DNA of 64,000 bases, taken from NCBI GenBank assembly GCA_044230205.1, contig JBGARN010000002.1:10479-74478 (forward strand), read 5' to 3'. Both the position numbers and the translations under genes were made by a program. The DNA is from Bacteroidia bacterium. Lineage in GTDB: Bacteria > Bacteroidota > Bacteroidia > AKYH767-A > OLB10. Below are positions 19,342 to 29,393 of the stretch, piece by piece (position 1 is the stretch's first letter; every line of letters starts with the position of its first letter). The notes below the pieces were generated by a model. The model saw nothing but the letters and a program-made list of their open reading frames with translations, had not been told where the DNA came from and ran no database searches.

Positions 19342-19554
19342 ATGTTGTATTTCAGTTTATTGTTGCAATATGGAAATTGATAACCGGGATAAATGTGCAA
19401 TGAAATTGCTGTATATGTTTTATTACAACTTTCCTACCGATCATCAACTTTGAATAATACAATCTAATTGCATTATTGCAGCAAATTAAATCAAAGTTGA
19501 CGGTTAATTAAAGTTTAAACAAAATCAGCATACATTCTTATCTTTTTTGAAATT

Positions 19555-19562
19555 TACATTTG
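19555..19562 (+). promoter_or_regulatory. Candidate -7 box TACATTTG
   Basis: Exact TAnnTTTG match 17 nt upstream of the M1 peptidase ATG. No well-spaced -33 element. Confidence 0.25.
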
Positions 19563-19578
19563 ATTTATTTACCACTTT

Positions 19579-21459
19579 ATGAATTTTAAGCTGCTATTGA
19601 CTTTTTCTGTTCTTACTGTGTTTTCAAGTACGATTTTAGGACAAAACACTGAGCTTCCGCAAAATAAAAACTATCGCAATGCCATTAAAAATAAAACCCG
19701 TAGCGCTGATGGCAAACCTGGTATAAATTACTGGACCAATTTTGCTGAGTACGATATAAATGTAGAAGTAATTCCGCATGAAAAAATCGTTAAAGGATCA
19801 GCAACCATTTTGTATTACAACAATTCTCCTGATACGCTGAACAAGCTCGTTTTAAGATTATTGCAAAATGTTCACAAACCTACCATGCCACGCAATGATA
19901 ATGTTGACGCGGCATATCTTACGGATGGGATAACTATTGAGAAGTTGCTGATTAATAATGCGCCAAATGAATGGAATAAGAATAATGAAGATGTGCGCAC
20001 CCTGCATAATCTAAATCTTGCGCAACCGGTTTTGCCAAAAACAACTGTTACCTTATATGTAGAATGGCATTATAAACTAAATTTTACAAGTAATAATGTT
20101 CGCGAAGGAATGATAGACAGTAACAGTTTTTTTATTGCGTATTGGTATCCGCGCTTAAGTGTTTATGATGATGCAGATGGCTGGGATTTAATACAACACT
20201 CCGAGCAGGCTGAGTTTTACAACGATTTTGGAAACTACAATGTGAAAATAAAGGTGCCGGGTGACTATATGGTTTTGGCTACAGGCCAATTGCAAAATGC
20301 CAGTGATGTACTCAATGCAAATGTAGCAGCACGCATTGAAGAAGCTTTGAACAACAACGATATTAACCTTTGCGTTTTAAAAGAAGATTTACGTGCAAAA
20401 ACAGTTACTGTGCCGAATGCTTTTAATACCTGGCATTACCTTGCTGATACCGTTACTGATTTTGCATTCGGAATTTCAAACCACTATTTGCTGGACGCTG
20501 CCAGCGCTTTGATTGATACATCGAGCGGCAAAAGGGTTTTAATACTGGTAGCTTACGACACATCAGCCGTTAATTACAAGCAAGTGTGCAAATGGTCTCA
20601 ACAGTCTATAAATTATCTTAACTGGCAGATGCCCGCTGTGCAGTTTCCTTATAGTAATATTTCTGTTTTCCAGGGTAATTCGTTTATGGAGTATCCAATG
20701 CTGGTAAATGATATGGAAGAGGAAGACATTAATGATATGCAATCAACCACCCTGCATGAAATTGCTCACAGTTACTTTCCGTTTCTTACCGGTATTAACG
20801 AAACGCGTTATGCATTTATGGATGAAGGCTGGGTAACTTTTTTTGAATTATTGGGCAATACCGCCTGCTTCAATCAAAAAAATGGTGACAAATTGTGGGC
20901 AGCCTATTACTGTAAACTACAGCGGGGTGCAATTAATACACCTATCATGAGCTATTCATACGAACTTGTTGATAATTATGGATTCAACTCTTATGGCAAG
21001 CCGGCCTTAGCTTATTATACGCTGATGAATTTTTTGGGTGAGGAAAAATTTAAAACATGCCTTCATGAGTACATCAAACGGTGGCAGCACAGGCATCCGC
21101 TACCTTATGATTTCTTCAACACGTTTAACAATGTAAGCAAACAAGATTTGAATTGGTTTTGGCAAAACTGGTTTTTTAAGTTTAATTATTTTGATGTAGG
21201 TATTGATACTGTAAAAGCAACCGGTAACAAATATGCAATTGTCCTTGAAAATACAGGCGGGCTGGCTGTACCCATCAATCTTGAAATTACGTTTACTGAT
21301 GGCACTACAATGATGCTTGCCCAAAAATGCGATGTATGGAAAACCAAAAAAACAGTGGTGATAGAAAAAGTATTTTCTAAAAAAATTAAACAAGTAAAAC
21401 TGGATAATGGAATTTATCCCGATGCTGATAAAAACAATGATATTATAAAGTTGAACTAA
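19579..21459 (+). CDS. M1-family zinc metallopeptidase (secreted)
   Basis: 626 aa with a signal peptide. HEIAH followed 18 residues later by E in FMDEGW (HExxH-x18-E). Confidence 0.85.
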   Translation: MNFKLLLTFSVLTVFSSTILGQNTELPQNKNYRNAIKNKTRSADGKPGINYWTNFAEYDINVEVIPHEKIVKGSATILYYNNSPDTLNKLVLRLLQNVHKPTMPRNDNVDAAYLTDGITIEKLLINNAPNEWNKNNEDVRTLHNLNLAQPVLPKTTVTLYVEWHYKLNFTSNNVREGMIDSNSFFIAYWYPRLSVYDDADGWDLIQHSEQAEFYNDFGNYNVKIKVPGDYMVLATGQLQNASDVLNANVAARIEEALNNNDINLCVLKEDLRAKTVTVPNAFNTWHYLADTVTDFAFGISNHYLLDAASALIDTSSGKRVLILVAYDTSAVNYKQVCKWSQQSINYLNWQMPAVQFPYSNISVFQGNSFMEYPMLVNDMEEEDINDMQSTTLHEIAHSYFPFLTGINETRYAFMDEGWVTFFELLGNTACFNQKNGDKLWAAYYCKLQRGAINTPIMSYSYELVDNYGFNSYGKPALAYYTLMNFLGEEKFKTCLHEYIKRWQHRHPLPYDFFNTFNNVSKQDLNWFWQNWFFKFNYFDVGIDTVKATGNKYAIVLENTGGLAVPINLEITFTDGTTMMLAQKCDVWKTKKTVVIEKVFSKKIKQVKLDNGIYPDADKNNDIIKLN

Positions 21460-21522
21460 TTGAATAAAGCTAAAGCTCAACAACGCATTTTATTTTAATA
21501 CATTCGCTCACAGATCATTCAT

Positions 21523-22164
21523 ATGAAAAAGAATTTATTCATTGCTTTTGAAGGCATTGACGGAAGTGGTAAAAGCACGCAGGTAAAATTGTTGTCCTAC
21601 AATTTGAAAAATGCCGGCTATAAAGTATATGTTACCTGTGAGCCAACCGATGGGCCTATCGGTAAAATGATACGTGATATTTTCATCCATAAAATGGAAG
21701 CTGATCATCGTACCATTGCCGGTTTATTTGTTGCCGACCGTTTGGATCATTTGCTTAATAAAACAAATGGCGTTTTAAAAAAGCTTGAAGAAGGTTATAC
21801 GGTAATTACCGATCGATATTATTTTTCATCCTACGCTTATCATGGAGCGCATATGGATATGAAATGGGTTATTGATGCCAATGCCATGAGTGCCGAATTA
21901 TTGCGGCCTGATCTTAACATCTATCTTGATATTGACCCTGAAGCCAGCATGGACCGTCTTCACAGCGATCGCCCTTCACTGGAGCTTTTTGAAAACGTGG
22001 AGAACTTAAAAATTGTACGCAACAAATACCACGAAGCTATTGAATTGCTCAGGCACGAAGAAAAAGTTTTCATGTTGGATGCTCACCGTGCTCCTCATAT
22101 TATTGCATCTGAAATATGGAATGAAGTATCGCAGCTTTTGGTTGAAACCGGGAAACATGGTTAA
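21523..22164 (+). CDS. tmk: dTMP (thymidylate) kinase
   Basis: 213 aa. P-loop FEGIDGSGKSTQ, with DRY motif ITDRYYFSSYAY. Confidence 0.9.
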   Translation: MKKNLFIAFEGIDGSGKSTQVKLLSYNLKNAGYKVYVTCEPTDGPIGKMIRDIFIHKMEADHRTIAGLFVADRLDHLLNKTNGVLKKLEEGYTVITDRYYFSSYAYHGAHMDMKWVIDANAMSAELLRPDLNIYLDIDPEASMDRLHSDRPSLELFENVENLKIVRNKYHEAIELLRHEEKVFMLDAHRAPHIIASEIWNEVSQLLVETGKHG

Positions 22165-22191
22165 ATTTCAGTAACCCTATCTATATCAATC

Positions 22192-22238
22192 TTGATAAAG
22201 CTTTGCGCTGCAAGCTCTAAATAAGCTGTCTTTATCAA
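22192..22238. terminator. Candidate hairpin between convergent tmk and the LTD-protein gene
   Basis: TTGATAAAG ... CTTTATCAA is a 9-bp inverted repeat enclosing an inner AGCTT/AAGCT hairpin. The stem is AT-rich and the flanking runs are weak. Confidence 0.35.
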
Positions 22239-22245
22239 AAGCTAT

Positions 22246-25200
22246 TTATTTTAGTTTTCCTGCAACTACAAAAGTGTTCTTGTATTTACGAACATCACCA
22301 GCGGTATTAAATATTTCAGAATATAAAACATAGATGCCGATTTTTGCTTTTTCATTGTCAAGGTTTATTCCATTCCAGCTTAGGGTAGCATCCTCACCAA
22401 CCAATACATTCCTAGCAACATATTGTATAACACGACCGCGCGAATCAAAAACTGTGGCATTTACCACCAGCCCCGGTTCATTAAAGTGATATCGTATACT
22501 TAAAACGTCATTATATCCATCCTCATCAGGTGAAAAAACCCGGGGGATAATTTCAATATTTTCATTTCCACTTCCTGCTTCCATTGCTTGCGAATTTTTG
22601 TAGGCAGGTGTTGCAAAACCAATGGTTTGCGCAGCGCTTTGCCAATTCGTACTGTCCTGTGTAGGCCGGGTAAAACTAAGTCGCTCTAACGAAACCCCTT
22701 CTGCATCATTTATCAGCGGGTAATGAAATTTATCTGAATACCTGAACTGGTCAATCCTTTTAAAATTTTCATTCAGCAATACAACTTTTCCTTCATCATC
22801 ATTAAAGGTTGGGAGATTTATTGCTTTAATAATTCTGTTAGGATTGGGGGTGCTGTATCGTAACTTAATATCATCAGGGTTTTCAGTAATCGCTAAATAG
22901 TCGCCCGGGAAAAGCAGCAAATTGTCTGAAGTAATTTCATAAATATCATTTAAGGTGTCTGTTGCCAAATCAGCATTGGCTATTTTTAATCCCCGCAAAT
23001 CAAAAATTTTATTGGAATTGTTATACAATTCCACAAAATCGTACCCACCACTATATGGATTAAATAATATTTCATTGATCAGCAAATCTGCGTCAGTTGC
23101 TGTATCAGCAATTGCAACTTGTACTGTTGTAGCACTATTAATTAAATTACCGCTGCAGTCTTTCAGATTACTAACTGTTAGAGTATAGGTAATGTTTTTC
23201 TGAAAAGTACCGGCAAACTGCAGAATTACAAAATCAGCATACGGGTTAGTAGCTGCAAAAGCTGGTGAGCCTATACCCTGATCCAGACTGTAATTCTGCT
23301 CCAGCGATAATGTGCTTTCATCCATAGCTTCGTTAAAAAACAACATAATAGTCTGCGGGTCGTAGATGTAAGCCTTTTTGATTAATGGCGCTTCACTGTC
23401 AAAGTATATTCCATTTATACTATTGATGTTTCCGGGAGTACCGCCAATTACAGAATTGGAAGCAGACCAGTTATCACCAGTAGGGCATGGAAAATTCTGA
23501 TCAATGCGCTCCAGTGAATAACCATTGCTGGTTTTATCAGGATCATGATACCAGCTGTCAGAATAATTCACTTCATCAATTTTCTGATTGTTGTTATCGT
23601 ACAAGGTAAGGTTGTCTCCTGAGTTATTCAATGATGGAAATAATCCAATACCAATTGCGTTACCGAATACCGATAAATCGGCAACGTTGGAAGTGCTGCA
23701 TATAATAAGGTAACTGCCCGGAGTAAGCGTTAAATTCTGGCAGGGCCCGCTACTGCCTGATGCATCATGTAAAGTCCAATCAGTTAGATTTAAATTTTTC
23801 GAACTTCGGTTATAAATCTCAACATACTCTGCATTAGGCAAGCCCAGCAAATCAGTTGGCGCAGCCATAATTTCATTAAAGATGATATCACCTGGCAAAG
23901 CGCTAACCGGAGCAAACCAGGTAAATGTGGCTGAACTGTTTGAAGCTATAATCCCGTCATTAATCCCGGTAACATTATTTATAACCACCGTATTAAGCAA
24001 AGCATCAGTAAAGTTTGTGGTAAAAGTTAAATGCACTATTGATGAATCAATACCATCACGTAACACAGTTAAAGGATTGCCAATACCATTGTTAACAACA
24101 TAGTTTGCCGTATCTTCTGCACTGAGTTGCTGCACAGGCATTGAGAATTTTATATCAATTGCATTCTGAGAAATTACTGTTACACTGTTAATTATTGGCA
24201 ATTCAAACTGGAAAACAGAGGTGGATCCTGCAGCAAGCAGGTTACCTGAACAATCTGCTATGCCATTAAAAGAAATAGTATAGAGGATGCCTGCCTGAAA
24301 TGGAATTGCAAATTGCAGAATAACTCTGTCAGAATAGGGTAATGCATTAGCCAATATCGGAACTCCTATTCCATTGTCAACTGAATAATTGTTTACATTG
24401 GAAAGGGTTGCAACATCCATGGATTCGTTAAAAACAACTGTAACAGATTGTAAAATAACATTTACCGTATTGGTAATAATGGGAGGCGTTGTATCGGTGA
24501 TAACTGAATTGATGCTGTTAATCGTTCCGGGTGTGCCACCAATAATCGCAGCTGATGCTGCCCAGTTAATCAATGTAGGACATGGAAAATTTTTATCAAT
24601 GCGCTCTAATGAATATCCATTACTTATTTTAGTTGAATCCTGATACCAGGTTTCATCATAAGCAACATGATTAATTTCAAGGGTAGTACTATCATAAAGC
24701 GACAGGTTGTCGCCAGTATTATTTAATGATGGAAATGAACTAACCCCAATGGTATTTCCAAAAGCTGATAATGCTGTTACATTACTGTTGCTGCACACTA
24801 TGATGAAACTATCGGGAGCAAGAATGATGTTGGGAAATGCTCCGCTGCTTCCCGTTGCATCATGCAATGTCCATTTAAACAAATTCAGGTTTTTTGAACT
24901 GCGGTTAAATAGTTCCACATACTCTGCATTGGGCAACCCTAATGAGCCTGTAGGGGCAGCCATAATTTCATTAATGATAATGTCGTTTGGAGCAGCAACC
25001 ACCGGAGCGAACCACGTAAAAGTTCCAGTGGTATTTGGTGATACCATTATGTTATTTACACTACTAATATTATTTACGGTAAGTGTGTTAAGCAAAGCAT
25101 CTGTAAAATTGGTGGTGAAAGTGAGATGTACCAGTGAAGAATCTGAAGCATCGCGAATTGCAACTGTCGGATTTCCTATACTATTGTTTACAGCATAATT

Positions 25201-26253
25201 GGTAAGATTCTCAGCACTGGCCAGCTGCAATTCTTCCGTAAATTTTACATCTATCATATTCTGGCTTGTAACTGTAATGTTGCTGATTTTTGGCGGGGAA
25301 TAAATATAGACTGCCGTATTGCCTGCGGTTATAATATTACCTGCCACATCTTCTACATTGGTAACAGTAACCGTATAGGTGGTATCGATAATAAAACTAT
25401 TGCCAAAGCTAAGGTGTATCAAGGCATTGTTTACAATATCAATTGCTGCAGTTGTCGCTATTCCGATTCCTTTGTCAACAGAATAGTTATTTAAGGTTTG
25501 TGAAGTAAATGGATCAACAGGTTCATTAAACAAAACATCAAGCGTGTTGATACTCGTTGCAGTTGCACTCACTAACTGCGGAGGAATGTTATCAGTAATT
25601 ATCGGCCCGGCATAAATGCTGTCGAAATAATGCTTACTGAAAAAACTTGCTGTTGATTGAGTAACACTAATTCCAAAAAATTGGGATGAAGTGTAGGTAT
25701 TATCGCTTACTGTTCCTTCAACACTTACTACCGGGGTTGCATTTGCCACAGAATCATTTAGAGTCCACAATCCCGAAGCATCACGCGTAACTTTAATCTT
25801 TACAATATTATTAGATGAACTTGAAATACGTCCGTCCGCTCCGTCAATTATTTTTGTTGCGGTTCCAATATCGTTTCTGAATAAACTCACCTCGTCTGGC
25901 GTTCCGCCTATTCTAACAAAATAACCGCTTGACAAATTATTGATATCAGCAACATCGGATATTAAAAACACATCAGTATAATTAGCACCTGATGTTGCAA
26001 ACTTAAGGTTTACAAAAATTTCCCACTGTGCATTTAGTGCCGTTGCTGAAGGTGTACTCAGGTAAAAAGTTGATCCGGCAACCGTATTGGATGATTGCAG
26101 CTGCAAAGAAGGATTTACAATAAATGAAGCAACATCACCTGACCATACTGGATTAGCAGTAAAATCTCCATCGTCAAAATTCTCAATAAGCTGAGCTTTG
26201 CTGTTAAAACAATACAACACTAACAATATAAAAAACATCAATACTTGCTTCAT
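22246..26253 (-). CDS. Large secreted lamin-tail-domain (LTD) / bacterial Ig-like repeat surface protein with a C-terminal sorting-type domain
   Basis: Start is taken at MKQVLMFFILLVLYCFNSKAQ (ATG 26253). Architecture: N-terminal lectin-like domain, two [Ig-Ig-LTD] units, one [Ig-LTD] unit, then a C-terminal FSPDEDGYNDVLSI... beta domain. LTD motifs include INEIMAAPT...LPNAEYVELFNRS and LINEILFNP...DFVELYNNS. Confidence 0.8.
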   Translation of the reverse strand: MKQVLMFFILLVLYCFNSKAQLIENFDDGDFTANPVWSGDVASFIVNPSLQLQSSNTVAGSTFYLSTPSATALNAQWEIFVNLKFATSGANYTDVFLISDVADINNLSSGYFVRIGGTPDEVSLFRNDIGTATKIIDGADGRISSSSNNIVKIKVTRDASGLWTLNDSVANATPVVSVEGTVSDNTYTSSQFFGISVTQSTASFFSKHYFDSIYAGPIITDNIPPQLVSATATSINTLDVLFNEPVDPFTSQTLNNYSVDKGIGIATTAAIDIVNNALIHLSFGNSFIIDTTYTVTVTNVEDVAGNIITAGNTAVYIYSPPKISNITVTSQNMIDVKFTEELQLASAENLTNYAVNNSIGNPTVAIRDASDSSLVHLTFTTNFTDALLNTLTVNNISSVNNIMVSPNTTGTFTWFAPVVAAPNDIIINEIMAAPTGSLGLPNAEYVELFNRSSKNLNLFKWTLHDATGSSGAFPNIILAPDSFIIVCSNSNVTALSAFGNTIGVSSFPSLNNTGDNLSLYDSTTLEINHVAYDETWYQDSTKISNGYSLERIDKNFPCPTLINWAASAAIIGGTPGTINSINSVITDTTPPIITNTVNVILQSVTVVFNESMDVATLSNVNNYSVDNGIGVPILANALPYSDRVILQFAIPFQAGILYTISFNGIADCSGNLLAAGSTSVFQFELPIINSVTVISQNAIDIKFSMPVQQLSAEDTANYVVNNGIGNPLTVLRDGIDSSIVHLTFTTNFTDALLNTVVINNVTGINDGIIASNSSATFTWFAPVSALPGDIIFNEIMAAPTDLLGLPNAEYVEIYNRSSKNLNLTDWTLHDASGSSGPCQNLTLTPGSYLIICSTSNVADLSVFGNAIGIGLFPSLNNSGDNLTLYDNNNQKIDEVNYSDSWYHDPDKTSNGYSLERIDQNFPCPTGDNWSASNSVIGGTPGNINSINGIYFDSEAPLIKKAYIYDPQTIMLFFNEAMDESTLSLEQNYSLDQGIGSPAFAATNPYADFVILQFAGTFQKNITYTLTVSNLKDCSGNLINSATTVQVAIADTATDADLLINEILFNPYSGGYDFVELYNNSNKIFDLRGLKIANADLATDTLNDIYEITSDNLLLFPGDYLAITENPDDIKLRYSTPNPNRIIKAINLPTFNDDEGKVVLLNENFKRIDQFRYSDKFHYPLINDAEGVSLERLSFTRPTQDSTNWQSAAQTIGFATPAYKNSQAMEAGSGNENIEIIPRVFSPDEDGYNDVLSIRYHFNEPGLVVNATVFDSRGRVIQYVARNVLVGEDATLSWNGINLDNEKAKIGIYVLYSEIFNTAGDVRKYKNTFVVAGKLK
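23389..25584 (-). repeat. Intragenic tandem duplication, 2 x 1098 bp (2 x 366 codons)
   Basis: Residues 243-608 and 609-974 of the track ORF are collinear. Identical runs include VHLTFTTNFTDALLNT, TFTWFAPV, NEIMAAPT, LGLPNAEYVE, NRSSKNLNL and SNGYSLERID. Confidence 0.8.
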
Positions 26254-26436
26254 GAATAAATTGCTGACTTTTGGAATGGAGTAAAAATAGAATTTTAAAT
26301 TAAAGCCCAAATCAGCGCATTATTCATTCCAGTTTTATTGAACATTAAGGTTATGCTATTAATGTTTAGACTAAAATGCAAAGACCCTATTCGTCCTTAG
26401 GGCATTTAAATTCAACTAATAATATCAAGAAAAAAT

Positions 26437-27540
26437 TTACTCAAGCAATTTTGCAACCCGGCTGTTCAATACATTTTGATCATTTTGCTTAATCATGCCT
26501 TTAAAATGTACTGCTTCTTCCAATGCTTTATCAAGTCTGAACGTATCTTGATTGCGTGAAAAGTAAATATTTCGTTGTTTAAATATCTCAGCCAGGTATT
26601 CCTGTTCCGTCTGGCCGGGAGTGGGTATCAGGATTGCTTTTTTGCCGGTTACTACAAGATCCATGATGGTTGAATAACCACTTCGGCTAACTATAATGTC
26701 AGCTTCATGGAAAAATGGTTTTAATTGTTCTGCCGTCATAAAATTAATCATCCAGCAATATTCATTTACCTGCTGCACATTTTGTTTGCCGGAAATACCT
26801 TGTACTATAAGTATTTGTTGTTTGATGTCTATTATCTGCTTAAGTAACATTTGTTCAAGCAACGTTCGTTGAGGTTCAGGACCGCTTAAAATTATCAGCA
26901 ATTGAAACCTTGTTTCGGGCAGATGCAATTGATCAACCTGGGCAAGCTTATTTTCAACAGAAAAGTTTGAAGAGAACCTGCTTAACCAACCTATATAGTA
27001 TGTGTTATCCGGTAGCTTGCAATTATGTGATAATTCACCGCTAAGGTTATCTGATGATGCAACATCAGGTATCCAGCATTCATTAAAATTCGAAATTTTT
27101 TTCAGATGAAAGTTAAGTAATGCAGGCTGGATCCATTTTAAATAAGCAGGAACTTTAATATTAATTTGATGAGTTATAAAAATACTTTTTATTGACGGAT
27201 GCCAAACCCCGTAACGGTTGTCTGAGATAACTGCATCAAAAGAATGTTGCTGCTGTAATAAAAGCATTTGCTTGTGCTCCTCATCAATAGCCTTTTGCAT
27301 ATTAAAGAAATTCCCGGCCATTTTAAACACCTGGTTGTTGCTTCCTGAATAGGTAATATTATAAGATGGCAAACTGAAAAAAGGCAGTTGCGGAAACTCC
27401 TCCTTAAGCAAACTCAATGAATTTCCATCGCTTGCAATACTCACATCAGCGCCATGTTCCAGCAATTTTTCAATTAAAGGAATACATCGTGCAGCATGAC
27501 CTAAACCCCAGTTAAGCGGAGCAACCAGTATTTTTTTCAA
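26437..27540 (-). CDS. GT-B fold glycosyltransferase (MurG/GT28-C-terminal-like, GT1 family type)
   Basis: 367 aa. The N-terminus LNWGLGHAARCIPLIEKL is typical of this family, with a C-terminal GYSTIMD...PTPGQTEQEYLA nucleotide-sugar binding region. Confidence 0.7.
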   Translation of the reverse strand: MKKILVAPLNWGLGHAARCIPLIEKLLEHGADVSIASDGNSLSLLKEEFPQLPFFSLPSYNITYSGSNNQVFKMAGNFFNMQKAIDEEHKQMLLLQQQHSFDAVISDNRYGVWHPSIKSIFITHQINIKVPAYLKWIQPALLNFHLKKISNFNECWIPDVASSDNLSGELSHNCKLPDNTYYIGWLSRFSSNFSVENKLAQVDQLHLPETRFQLLIILSGPEPQRTLLEQMLLKQIIDIKQQILIVQGISGKQNVQQVNEYCWMINFMTAEQLKPFFHEADIIVSRSGYSTIMDLVVTGKKAILIPTPGQTEQEYLAEIFKQRNIYFSRNQDTFRLDKALEEAVHFKGMIKQNDQNVLNSRVAKLLE

Positions 27541-27576
27541 ATGCTATTAAGAATATTTTGGTTTGTAAAGCACCCT

Positions 27577-29295
27577 TTACTTTTTTACAAACTTATATGA
27601 TTTAATGGTTCTGTTATTGTCAATTAGTAAAAGGTACAAACCAGGTGTTAAGTTGCTAACATCAATTGTGAAATTGCTGTTTCCAAACTTATCATGCCAA
27701 ACTAAAGTGCCTTTTGAATTATATAATAAGCAAGTGCCTTCCGCTCTTTTGCTAAATTGCAAAGTTAAATTGTCATCTGCAGGATTTGGATAAATAAAAG
27801 GTCTGGTATTCAATTCCAAATCATTGCTTCCTGTAAAATTATTAACCGTAAGAATATTGCAGTAATTATCATTAGCATGATCATAGTCCATCATTTTGTT
27901 GGGAGAACTTGTCCAGAAACATAAATATCTTTCATGCATAGGATTATTCAGAATTTCATACGGCTCAGCTCTCACTGTTCCAATACTAATTGTCGTACTG
28001 TCACCCGGCTGCAGATTCAATCCATCAAACATTTTTGAATAATTATGCGGCAGGCAAACATTAAGTCCGGTATCTAAAACTGAATTGATATAAAAACGGT
28101 TAACTGTTACCGGCCCATAATTTTTTATAGTTGCATTAATTCTGAAATAAGGCGTGATAATGGTTTTGCTTCCTTGTTGTGTAATATCGCCATAAGAAGA
28201 GTCAGCGTAAATCGAAGTAACACCAATATCAGTGTTAAAATTCTGGGAAGTATTATTCGCTTTCTCCCAATTTTTTAATAACAAGTGATCACTCAGTTTA
28301 TTTGTACGTTCATGAACAAACAAGGTATAATCCTGTGTATTGATATTAAAGCTTCTTACATCAAGATCGGAACCGTTATAGTTGGTGTAGTCAGTATATC
28401 CTACAAAATTGAAATCAAGATCCCATTTTAGCAATCTTGAAATGTTATTAGCTGAAGGATGGAGTAATATCCATATCAGGTTATTTTCAACTTCTATTTT
28501 ATTAATCTCAAGCGAATTCAGCCAGGAATTATCCTGTGCAATTATGTTCAGGTCACTGTCGGCTTTATAAACTATTTTTCCTGATACAAAATAATACAGC
28601 GAATCAGTAATACCGGTAATCAGTTTAACAGGCTTAGGAAGCGCAAGCGTATCAATTACATTGCCTGCTGAATCGATTTTAATAAGACCATTTTTGCACC
28701 CGAGTATAAAAGAATTAATCCCGGTATTTAATATGCAGTTAATCCTGCCGTAATTGTAACTATTAAAATATAGGCTGTCTCCATCTTTATTAAGCCTGTA
28801 CAGCATATTTTTATTCGTAAGCCAGAAACCTGAATCGGGCAGCTCAACTATTGCATCACCAAACCCGCTTCCATAATCCATTGTAAACGATTTTATCCAT
28901 GCAGTTGTGCCGTTGCCCCTGTATATTTTCTGTACATAGCCCCTTCCCTGGTGTGCCTTACATTGTTGCCTGTAACCTGAAATTACCAGGTTGTAATCAT
29001 ACAATTGCTGTAAGCTGTTTACTTCACCGGTTTGGTAAATGGTATCAAACACTTCTGTTTGCCAAATGGAATTACCATCTGGAGCCAACTTCGTTACAAA
29101 AGGTTTTAATGCTATTTCCGATGAATCGGTTGCAGTAAAAGCCGTGTAATAATAATCGCCCGGGTGTTCCTTTTTTGCACAACTGAAATGAGTGTAGTAA
29201 CCACTTTGAACTGTAAATTCAAGTGAATCGTTTTGTGCATGCAAATTGAAAACAAAACCGATAAGTGAAGCGATGAGGGGGAGTGAATGCTTCAT
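27577..29295 (-). CDS. T9SS type-A sorting-domain cargo protein (function unknown)
   Basis: 572 aa with a signal peptide. C-terminus IYPNPADDNLTLQF...LTPGLYLLLIDNNRTIKSYKFVKK. Confidence 0.8.
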   Translation of the reverse strand: MKHSLPLIASLIGFVFNLHAQNDSLEFTVQSGYYTHFSCAKKEHPGDYYYTAFTATDSSEIALKPFVTKLAPDGNSIWQTEVFDTIYQTGEVNSLQQLYDYNLVISGYRQQCKAHQGRGYVQKIYRGNGTTAWIKSFTMDYGSGFGDAIVELPDSGFWLTNKNMLYRLNKDGDSLYFNSYNYGRINCILNTGINSFILGCKNGLIKIDSAGNVIDTLALPKPVKLITGITDSLYYFVSGKIVYKADSDLNIIAQDNSWLNSLEINKIEVENNLIWILLHPSANNISRLLKWDLDFNFVGYTDYTNYNGSDLDVRSFNINTQDYTLFVHERTNKLSDHLLLKNWEKANNTSQNFNTDIGVTSIYADSSYGDITQQGSKTIITPYFRINATIKNYGPVTVNRFYINSVLDTGLNVCLPHNYSKMFDGLNLQPGDSTTISIGTVRAEPYEILNNPMHERYLCFWTSSPNKMMDYDHANDNYCNILTVNNFTGSNDLELNTRPFIYPNPADDNLTLQFSKRAEGTCLLYNSKGTLVWHDKFGNSNFTIDVSNLTPGLYLLLIDNNRTIKSYKFVKK

Positions 29296-29393
29296 TATAA
29301 AATGTCGTTTTGAAAATTCAAATATAACTATTGTGTCCTATAACGCCAATTAAAACTTGATAATTTGACACTACTACTCCAGCCTTCCTGAAT

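Noticed and set aside
21100-21483. 127-aa minus-strand ORF at the end of the M1 peptidase gene
   Set aside because: Shadow ORF with AT-rich codon composition (Phe/Ile/Asn/Lys rich), typical of antisense frames in AT-rich DNA.
24707-25198. 163-aa plus-strand ORF (and similar ORFs at 23882..24103, 24389..24643, 22955..23188) inside the LTD-protein gene
   Set aside because: These are antisense shadow ORFs of a long, well-supported minus-strand gene. Their recurrence simply mirrors the intragenic duplication. The composition is low-complexity and no motifs are present.
26254-26310. N-terminal extensions produced by the ORF track (26310 for the LTD protein, 14653, 5414, 60354, 44359)
   Set aside because: The extensions start at upstream ATG/TTG/GTG-type codons, precede obvious signal peptides or zinc-ribbon starts, or overlap the upstream gene. 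Internal ATGs giving standard signal peptides are preferred.
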